Source of the DNA: Candidatus Thalassarchaeum betae
GTDB taxonomy: Archaea > Thermoplasmatota > Poseidoniia > Poseidoniales > Thalassarchaeaceae
Reading direction: 5' to 3'
Length of the DNA stretch: 64,000 nt
Assembly: GCA_003193925.1 (NCBI GenBank)
Contig: PSPG01000006.1
Location: 9,750 to 73,749, forward strand
Position 1 is the first letter of the stretch. Each line of letters begins with the position of its first letter. Position numbers and translations under genes: made by a program. Shown here piece by piece: positions 57,687 through 64,000 of the stretch. Below the pieces are notes generated by a model. That model ran no database searches and was not told the origin of the DNA. It saw nothing but the letters and a program-made list of their open reading frames with translations.

Positions 57687-59582
57687 ATGTTGCCGAACCC
57701 ACGAGCTGGTACTGACCGGGGTATCGCAATCAGCAAGGATGGGTCTGACCTCGCTGATGAGAAGCAGGTTGTCGGCCGCAAGATATGGCGGGTAGTCCCT
57801 TATCTCAAGCGCTATTGGAGGCGAGCCGCGGGGGGCGTAGGAGCGAATGCCGCTGCTCGAGCCTTCGACCTAATTCCTTTCATCGCCATAGGCGCGGCCG
57901 CAGATTATTACCGCGATAAAACATTCACCGCCTCTACCATCGAGAGCCTGGTCACATCAGATATCCTCCCGTCATTCGGTCCGATAGAACCTGTCGAATT
58001 CGGCTTTGGTCTGCTGATTCTCGTCTCCTTCTCGTTTCTCGCTGTCTTCCAGGGCATTAGCGAGTACCTCTGGCAGTCCACCGCCTACATGGTACAGCAC
58101 GACATCAGGATGGATGCGACGACGAGCCTGATGGCTATGGAGGCCTCCTACTTCGAGACCCGTCAGACGGGCAATCTGATGTCGGTGCTGTCGGCAGACA
58201 TAGCTCAGTTGGAGGACATAGTATCCGATGCCAGCACCAGCATTATACGCATCGCCATCACCTTCACCGCCGCGTTCGGTATCATGTACTGGATGTCCCC
58301 AACCCTGGCGCTCATCCTGTTCATCCCCTTGGTATTGGTCATACCAATGGTGGTCTGGTTCTCGACGAAGGTCCAGCGTCGCTACAGGAAGCAGCGCGAG
58401 AGCACTGGCGGTATAGTCGCCATTCTGGAGAACGTGCTCTCCGGAATCACTGTCGTGCAGGCCTACAATGCAACCGACTTCGAGCGCTCTCGGGTAGAGA
58501 GAGAGAGCGGTAACTACCGAGATCAGGCGATACTCGCCGCCAACCTGCGCAACCGGTTCATTCCGGGGATCTATGTGGTCGCCGGCCTCTCGTTCGGTCT
58601 ACTGGTCTCGGCCGGCGGCTGGCTCATGGAGTCGGGAGAGATAACCGTCGGACAGTTCGTCACCTTCCTGCTGATTTCAACGCGCATGACAATGCCGATG
58701 TTTATCCTCGGAATGCTGCTGAACCAGCTCCAGCGCGGCGAGGCGGCTTCCAAGCGGGTGTTCGCGCTGATAGACCTCGAGCCGTCCATCTTCAACAAGC
58801 CCGATGCTATACCGCTCGATGGTCCCATCAGGTCGATCTCGTTCGACGATGTCACCTTCGCCTACCCTACTTCCGAGGTCAATGTGCTGAATGAAATCTC
58901 ATTCTCAGCATCGTTCGGAGATTTCCTCGGCGTGATGGGTCACACCGGAGCAGGCAAGAGCACCATCCTCAAGCTGGTCGAGCGCTTCTACGAACCTCAG
59001 CAAGGCAGGGTCCTAATCAACGGCATCGACATCAACGAATACACCATCGAATCGGTCAGGGACCGAGTCGGCTTCGTCTCCCAGGACCCCTTCATGTTCT
59101 TCGGCAGCGTCCGCGACAACGTCGCCTACGCGCGCGACGCCTCCGACGAGGAGATTCAGCGGGCGCTGGAGACGGCAGGAGCTTGGGATTTCGTGTCTGA
59201 GATGGCCGAGGGCGTCGAGACAATGGTCGGTGACAGAGGGGTCATGCTCTCGGGGGGGCAGCGCGCCCGCATCGCCCTCGCCCGCGCGCTGCTCAAGGAC
59301 CCGGACCTGCTCATACTCGACGAGGCGGCGGCAGCCCTCGACGCGGAAACCGAGAAGCGCATTCAGCAGTCGCTGTTCGGCGCCTCCAACGGCGGCGAGC
59401 AGCGAATCACCATCGCTGTCGCCCACCGCCTCGCGACCATTCGCAACGCCGACGAGATCATCGCGATGGTCGACGGCGCCATCGTCGAGCGAGGCACTCA
59501 CAGGGAACTGATCGACAACGACAACGTCTACGCTTCTCAGTGGTTGATACAGACCGGTGAGCTCGGTGCGGCAGAGGCTTGA
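57687..59582 (+). CDS. ABC transporter, fused permease/ATP-binding protein (exporter type, MsbA-like)
   Basis: Six-TM N-terminal domain, then Walker A GHTGAGKST, signature LSGGQRARIALARAL and Walker B ILDEAAAALD. Confidence 0.9.
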   Translation: MLPNPRAGTDRGIAISKDGSDLADEKQVVGRKIWRVVPYLKRYWRRAAGGVGANAAARAFDLIPFIAIGAAADYYRDKTFTASTIESLVTSDILPSFGPIEPVEFGFGLLILVSFSFLAVFQGISEYLWQSTAYMVQHDIRMDATTSLMAMEASYFETRQTGNLMSVLSADIAQLEDIVSDASTSIIRIAITFTAAFGIMYWMSPTLALILFIPLVLVIPMVVWFSTKVQRRYRKQRESTGGIVAILENVLSGITVVQAYNATDFERSRVERESGNYRDQAILAANLRNRFIPGIYVVAGLSFGLLVSAGGWLMESGEITVGQFVTFLLISTRMTMPMFILGMLLNQLQRGEAASKRVFALIDLEPSIFNKPDAIPLDGPIRSISFDDVTFAYPTSEVNVLNEISFSASFGDFLGVMGHTGAGKSTILKLVERFYEPQQGRVLINGIDINEYTIESVRDRVGFVSQDPFMFFGSVRDNVAYARDASDEEIQRALETAGAWDFVSEMAEGVETMVGDRGVMLSGGQRARIALARALLKDPDLLILDEAAAALDAETEKRIQQSLFGASNGGEQRITIAVAHRLATIRNADEIIAMVDGAIVERGTHRELIDNDNVYASQWLIQTGELGAAEA

Positions 59583-59584
59583 GC

Positions 59585-60670
59585 CTAGCCTCTGACACGG
59601 TCGTCTATCTGCAGGCCGGAATTGCCGATGAAAATGCGCCACCAGCCGCGCAGCACGCCCATTCCGTAGTTCCAATGCAGCGCGAAGGTAGCAATCGAGG
59701 AGAGGAAGACCGTCTTCGGAGTCCGGCAGGGAGAGCTCCCCTTGGCCGCCCCGTACCAGGCAATGAGGTTGTACAGAACGATCAGGCTGACCAGAGTATG
59801 GACTCCTGCGCGAGGCCAGCCCATCGGAACGGTCTCGTACGAGATGTCCCAGAACTCGGGCCAGTTCAGGCCGCCATTGGCGAGCCCCCAGAAGAAGAAC
59901 CCGAATGCCGCTATCACTATCGGAGGGAATAATGCCACCAGAGTGTGGCTCCAGGCGCGCAACTCGCGGTGCTCGTGACTCGCTAGAGTCCTGACCAGAC
60001 CGTAGTTGCGAATCTGCCTCTTCACCCTTGAGAGGTCCCTGCGACGGTGCCACATCACAGCTGTCCTGTCGGTCCACAGCCGGTGGCCGGCTTGCCGAAT
60101 CAAGTGGTCGAGGATGACGTCCTCAGCACCGATGCATCCGGGCTGGAAGCCTCCGACCTCCTGCAGTACAGAGCGCCGGTATGCGGAGTTGACTCCGGGC
60201 AGCTGCTCGACCTCATCGAGTTTCCCCGCCCCTTGCCTGCCGTAGTTCGTTCCCACGGTGAAGATCGTGCTGCAGAAGCTGACGTCGATGATCTGCTGCT
60301 GCAGGGTGGAGTGCTCCGGCGGGGCGAAGTTGGGCCCACCGACTCCTGCCACCCCCGGCCTCTCGAACCAGCGGGCTAGGTTGGCGACCCACTCCTTTGG
60401 GACGATGACGTCGTCATCGGTGAACATCACCAAGTCAGATTCCGTCGCTTCGAGCGCGACGTTGCAGGCGTCCGCGCGAGTGCGTGAGGCGTCGTCGTCG
60501 ATGAATCGGACTCCCCTTGACTCAGCCTGCTCTCGACCCGAATCGCTTCCTGGGCCGACTACCACTATTTCCAGCGGGCCATAGTAGGTCTGGGAGAGCA
60601 GCCCGTCGAGCGTGATACCCAGTTCCACCGCGTTTGCGACGCTCGGGACGATGACGCAGACTGAGCGGCT
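59585..60670 (-). CDS. Family 2 glycosyltransferase with a C-terminal membrane domain
   Basis: VCVIVPS, DDD (FTDDDVIV) and GAEDV motifs of GT2, followed by 3-4 TM helices. Confidence 0.8.
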   Translation of the reverse strand, partial: SRSVCVIVPSVANAVELGITLDGLLSQTYYGPLEIVVVGPGSDSGREQAESRGVRFIDDDASRTRADACNVALEATESDLVMFTDDDVIVPKEWVANLARWFERPGVAGVGGPNFAPPEHSTLQQQIIDVSFCSTIFTVGTNYGRQGAGKLDEVEQLPGVNSAYRRSVLQEVGGFQPGCIGAEDVILDHLIRQAGHRLWTDRTAVMWHRRRDLSRVKRQIRNYGLVRTLASHEHRELRAWSHTLVALFPPIVIAAFGFFFWGLANGGLNWPEFWDISYETVPMGWPRAGVHTLVSLIVLYNLIAWYGAAKGSSPCRTPKTVFLSSIATFALHWNYGMGVLRGWWRIFIGNSGLQIDDRVRG

Positions 60671-60711
60671 CATGGCCTGCCGGCCCCAGTTTGCCCCCTT
60701 GAGTTCACGGG

Positions 60712-61506
60712 TCACTCGTTAGAGACGCGTGGTGCTAGGAAGTAGGTCCAGTTGGCACCGCCGTCGTTACTGCTCCAGCTGAGGCAGAGCGGGTACTTGT
60801 CCTGAAACTGAATCTGGACATCCTGCGCGAAACCTCGATCGGCCAGTTTCCTAGTCAGCGGTTCGAGGAACTGCAGGGAGTAGGTCGACTGGGTCGGGGC
60901 AGCGCATTTCAGTTCGCTGAGCTCACCGGCCTCGAAGCGGACGTTCACACCCTCGCCAGCCTCGACGGTCACGCTGACACGCAACTCCTTGCTGTCGAGG
61001 CTGAGCTCGACCAACTCGCCGACGAACCTGGCTGCTCGGAGGGCCCGGGAGAGCTTCTCCGCGCCGATAGTGGCGCTGCAGTTGAAGTCCAATTGGGGCA
61101 ACTTCGGGTCCTGAAGGGCCCCCGTGTCGAGACCACGCAGGATTCGGTGGACCGCCCCGACTCTCAGGTTGACTGCCCCGACCGCGTCGTCGTAGTCGAT
61201 CTCGACGAGGTCGGAAGGTCCTGCCAGCGTCATCAGGTCCCTCAACTTGCCGAGCTCGAGCCCGATCTCGACCGGCTCGACCTCGTAGGTCTCGAAGCAT
61301 GCGTCTGAAATCGTGGCAGAGAGAAGGGCGACGTGCGAGCCGTCGACGACCTTGATGCTGAGTCCCTTCTCGCCCCATGACATCTTGGCCTCATCGGTGA
61401 GGACCGAGAGCAGTTCGATGATCTCCCGCATAAGTTGGGTGTTCGCAGTAACTCTGAGCACGGACTCACCTCGGTACGTCGCTCCTGATACTTGGGGGTC
61501 TTTCAT
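60712..61506 (-). CDS. pcn: DNA polymerase sliding clamp PCNA
   Basis: About 250 aa. VLRVTA...MREIIELLSVLTDEAKMSW..GLSIKVVDGSHVALL and C-terminal YFLAPRV align to archaeal PCNA. The exact start is uncertain. Confidence 0.8.
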   Translation of the reverse strand: MKDPQVSGATYRGESVLRVTANTQLMREIIELLSVLTDEAKMSWGEKGLSIKVVDGSHVALLSATISDACFETYEVEPVEIGLELGKLRDLMTLAGPSDLVEIDYDDAVGAVNLRVGAVHRILRGLDTGALQDPKLPQLDFNCSATIGAEKLSRALRAARFVGELVELSLDSKELRVSVTVEAGEGVNVRFEAGELSELKCAAPTQSTYSLQFLEPLTRKLADRGFAQDVQIQFQDKYPLCLSWSSNDGGANWTYFLAPRVSNE

Positions 61507-61532
61507 TCTTCGTAGGCGGCTCTACGGGATTG

Positions 61533-61913
61533 TCATTGGTACTCCCTAAAGTGCTTCGAGCAGTTCGAGCAGGTGCAGATCTTGGTCTCAGGCTCGTCGC
61601 TGGCCCTGGTCTGCTTCAGCTCGACGTAGATTTCGTTACAGTCGCATTTGGGGCACCTGATTTCACCTACGCGCAGGGTGCCCCGCGCCACTTCCTCGGC
61701 GACGACCTCGGTGAGGTGCCTCAGGCTCTTTTCCGAGCCCGCGGCAGTGGCGTTGGACAAGTCGACGACCTCACCGGTCATCGGGTCTGTGAAGGTGCCT
61801 CCTGAGCCATCGATCCCAGAAAGGGGCCCCTCATACCCACATTTGTAATTCGGGCACTTGATGTCTCCATCGGGTCTTGGGAACGCCAAAGAACCGCATT
61901 CAGGACAAAACAT
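61533..61913 (-). CDS. tfs: Transcription factor S (TFS) / RNAP subunit M-like
   Basis: N-terminal Zn ribbon (CPECG...CPNYKC) and a C-terminal TFIIS-type Zn ribbon (CPKCDCNEIYVELKQTRASDEPETKICTCSNCSKHF). Confidence 0.85.
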   Translation of the reverse strand: MFCPECGSLAFPRPDGDIKCPNYKCGYEGPLSGIDGSGGTFTDPMTGEVVDLSNATAAGSEKSLRHLTEVVAEEVARGTLRVGEIRCPKCDCNEIYVELKQTRASDEPETKICTCSNCSKHFREYQ

Positions 61914-62083
61914 CTACTCACTAAGCCTAACCGGTTTTCCACCACGCCGAACAAGGACAATCAAACCGTCTATTCAATTTATCCTTTCCTCGGCCAGCCT
62001 CGCAGCCCTGCAATCGCGTATCCCATTAACGCACTCTGCGAGCCGACCGCACCGTTGAAGCGAGAAGGCGCCACGGGGGATTC

Positions 62084-63088
62084 GTGCGGATTCACTTCGA
62101 TTGGAGACTCGCTCGAGCCATCGATTCCGACGGCAACGTCGTCGATGAGCTGGACTGGTCTTCCAAGAGGTCTGTCGGAGCCCTGGCTGACAGGCTGGCC
62201 GAGCTCCAATCCGGCAGACTGAGCCCCGAGGCAAGGACTCTGGCCGAGAGATTCGCCGATGCCGAGGCAGATCATCTGGGGGCGATGTCCGATTCGGGCT
62301 GGCCCGAGCTGGATGAGGATGAGCAGGCACTGTTCTCCGAGGCCACTGACAGGCTGGCTAGGAGGGGCGTTGCCGATGCCGCCGCAGATTTCGACAGGCG
62401 CCTCGATATGCTCTCGTCCGCGGCGAGCGAGCTCCGAGCATCTTGGACGACAAGCGAGGCGCGATGCGTGGAGTGGGCAGGACTCTTCCTAGCCGAGCTC
62501 GACCTTGACGGCCAGCGTCGTGAGATACCCTGCGCTGTGGCAGAGGCAGGCTCGATAGACGAAGCGGCTGAGGCGCTGGGAATCTCAGCTCCTGAGCATA
62601 AGCCATCGTCTGCAGAATGGGAGGCTCTGAGGGGTCACGCCAGAGGTGTGGTCGAACTCACCGGAAGGCTGGAAACTGCTGAGGACGCGACCCGGGAACT
62701 CGCTCGCGAATACGTCCCGACCCTCAGCAGGGTGGTGGGGCCCCTAGGCGCGGCTAAGATGATCGTCCTCGCAGGAGGCCGCGAGAGGCTTGCCCGGATG
62801 CCCAGCGGCAGCCTGCAGGTACTCGGTGCGAGTAGCGCGATGGCAGCGCACCGCAGGGGGGCCCCACCGCCGAAGCACTCACCGACACTCTTCTCCCTGC
62901 CGCAGATATCGAAGGCACCCCGCTGGGTCAGAGGAAAGATAGCTCGTTTCATGGCCGGCAAGTGCTCGATTGCAGTCCGGGTGGACCACTTTGATGGGGA
63001 ACCGTGGGACGAGGAGCAGATAGCCGAGATCAATCGGGAGTGTGAGAATATCCGCAATCGTTTTCCGAAGCCCCCAAAGAGGGGGTGA
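62084..63088 (+). CDS. nop5: Nop5 (Nop56/58) C/D-box sRNP protein
   Basis: C-terminal NOP domain (GAAKMIVLAGGRERLARMPSGSLQVLGASSAMAAHRR...PKHS...) followed directly by the fibrillarin gene, the classic operon. Confidence 0.8.
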   Translation: MRIHFDWRLARAIDSDGNVVDELDWSSKRSVGALADRLAELQSGRLSPEARTLAERFADAEADHLGAMSDSGWPELDEDEQALFSEATDRLARRGVADAAADFDRRLDMLSSAASELRASWTTSEARCVEWAGLFLAELDLDGQRREIPCAVAEAGSIDEAAEALGISAPEHKPSSAEWEALRGHARGVVELTGRLETAEDATRELAREYVPTLSRVVGPLGAAKMIVLAGGRERLARMPSGSLQVLGASSAMAAHRRGAPPPKHSPTLFSLPQISKAPRWVRGKIARFMAGKCSIAVRVDHFDGEPWDEEQIAEINRECENIRNRFPKPPKRG

Positions 63089-63092
63089 GCGA

Positions 63093-63803
63093 GTGCCTAG
63101 AAGGCCTGTGAAGCTGGGCTGGGGAGTCAGGCGCGAGGGCCGCTCGCTGTGGACTAGGAACGCTGTTCGCGGAATCTCAGTCAGAGGCGAGCGCCGCAAG
63201 AGGGACAGCCGCATTGAGTGGCGGGCATGGGACCCCACTCGCTCCAAGGTCGCGGCGGCGCTTCTGCTAACCGGAAACGACGCATCCGACATGCTTCCCG
63301 AGCCGGGCTCTACCTGCCTCTATCTGGGGGCTTCGACAGGTAGCACCGTGAGCCACATTCACGATCACGTCTGCGGCGCGGGAAACCATCACGGAGGCCA
63401 AGTCGTAGCGGTCGAGATATCGCCTCGGATGATGCGCGATCTGACAGCGCTCGCAAGCAAGAGGCCCGGCCTCGTCCCGGTCTTGGGTGATGCCCGAATC
63501 CCACATGCGGTAGCCCCCTACATCCGAAGCCAGGCCGACTGGATGCACCAGGATCTAAGCATCGCCGACCAGGCTCAGACCTTCGTCAAGATGGCCGGCG
63601 CCTTCCTCAAGCCGGGAGGCACAGGACTGCTCTCTCTGAAGGCTGCCAGCGAGCGGTCATCGGACGGCGACGACGACTCTAGGTTCGAGAAGGCCGCGAG
63701 AATCCTGGGGGAGTCGGAGCTCGAGGTCGTGGAGAGGATAGACCTTGCCGGACTAGAGGATCAGCACATCGTATTCCACGTTCTGTTGCCCGCAACTGAC
63801 TAG
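63093..63803 (+). CDS. flpA: Fibrillarin, rRNA/tRNA 2'-O-methyltransferase
   Basis: IEWRAWDPTRSKVAAALL, LYLGASTGSTVSHI, VVAVEISPRMMRDL and the DARIP motif. Start taken at the GTG at 63093, 4 nt after the nop5 stop and with a GGGGGTGA SD; an in-frame ATG at 63042 would overlap nop5 by 47 nt. Confidence 0.85.
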   Translation: MPRRPVKLGWGVRREGRSLWTRNAVRGISVRGERRKRDSRIEWRAWDPTRSKVAAALLLTGNDASDMLPEPGSTCLYLGASTGSTVSHIHDHVCGAGNHHGGQVVAVEISPRMMRDLTALASKRPGLVPVLGDARIPHAVAPYIRSQADWMHQDLSIADQAQTFVKMAGAFLKPGGTGLLSLKAASERSSDGDDDSRFEKAARILGESELEVVERIDLAGLEDQHIVFHVLLPATD

Positions 63804-63997
63804 CCGCCGAGGGTAAAACCGGCGCCGCCCAGCAAGACGGCGCCGAACAATACTCCACCCGCAATTATCAGGAGTGCGAGATAGTTCATCACAAGGCCGG
63901 CTATCGCCATCCCTCTGCCTTCACCACCCATCTCCTTCGCCTTGTTGATGCCCATGTGGCCGGTGACAATCCCAGCGATCATAGCGAATGGAATCAA
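63800..63997 (-). CDS. Small hydrophobic protein (two predicted TM helices)
   Basis: 65-aa ORF of Gly/Ala/Leu-rich TM segments. Weak support; it is near the window edge. Confidence 0.3.
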   Translation of the reverse strand: MIPFAMIAGIVTGHMGINKAKEMGGEGRGMAIAGLVMNYLALLIIAGGVLFGAVLLGGAGFTLGG

Positions 63998-64000
63998 GCA

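Noticed and set aside
1-64000. CRISPR arrays, rRNA genes, IS elements / transposases
   Set aside because: No regularly spaced direct repeats, no rRNA-like conserved stretches, and no transposase or integrase-like ORFs were seen on either strand.

Overview
Archaeal chromosomal window of about 62% GC, dense with protein-coding genes and with very little intergenic space. Clearly archaeal markers are the thermosome, Orc1/Cdc6, PCNA, TFS, the Nop5-fibrillarin pair, Bud32, an archaeal-type PPAT and tRNAs with encoded CCA. Bacterial-like genes sit among them: dnaK, glpX, a class I aldolase, acetyl-CoA/β-oxidation enzymes and M14/M17 peptidases. The organism looks like an uncultivated euryarchaeote, perhaps a Thermoplasmatota or Marine Group II/III-like lineage; that is a guess from gene content.

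I call about 60 CDS and four tRNAs: Gly-GCC, Gly-CCC, Gly-UCC and a probable Pro-CGG. Housekeeping blocks are a heat-shock cluster (thermosome, Hsp20-like, DnaK), nucleotide and cofactor genes (pyrG, nadA, moaE/moaC, ham1), a β-oxidation/aromatic-acyl-CoA-like cluster (PaaA/BoxB-like diiron oxygenase, two crotonases, 3-hydroxyacyl-CoA dehydrogenase), a gluconeogenic pair (glpX plus class I FBA) and a replication/transcription set (orc1, PCNA, TFS, Nop5-fibrillarin).

The points most worth follow-up:
- A 27-nt exact duplication of the tRNA-Gly(GCC) 3' end brackets a 1.6-kb ORF-poor segment (16429-18135), which reads as an integration scar.
- A divergent cassette (41011-44423) has two overlapping paralogous small wHTH-like proteins facing an 873-aa Trp/Arg-rich protein with an N-terminal wHTH, across an AT-rich promoter island.
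- An Mrp/NBP35-family ATPase (18652-19665) has no cysteine at all; an insertion replaces the CXXC motif.
- A divergent two-repeat TBP-fold protein (55799-56326) is translationally coupled to a TatD-like hydrolase.
- A fused PPAT plus DUF359 (GTP-dependent dephospho-CoA kinase) gene sits at 44787-45803.
- A roughly 400-bp AT-rich candidate replication origin lies upstream of orc1 (47639-48039).

No CRISPR array, rRNA or intact mobile element was seen.
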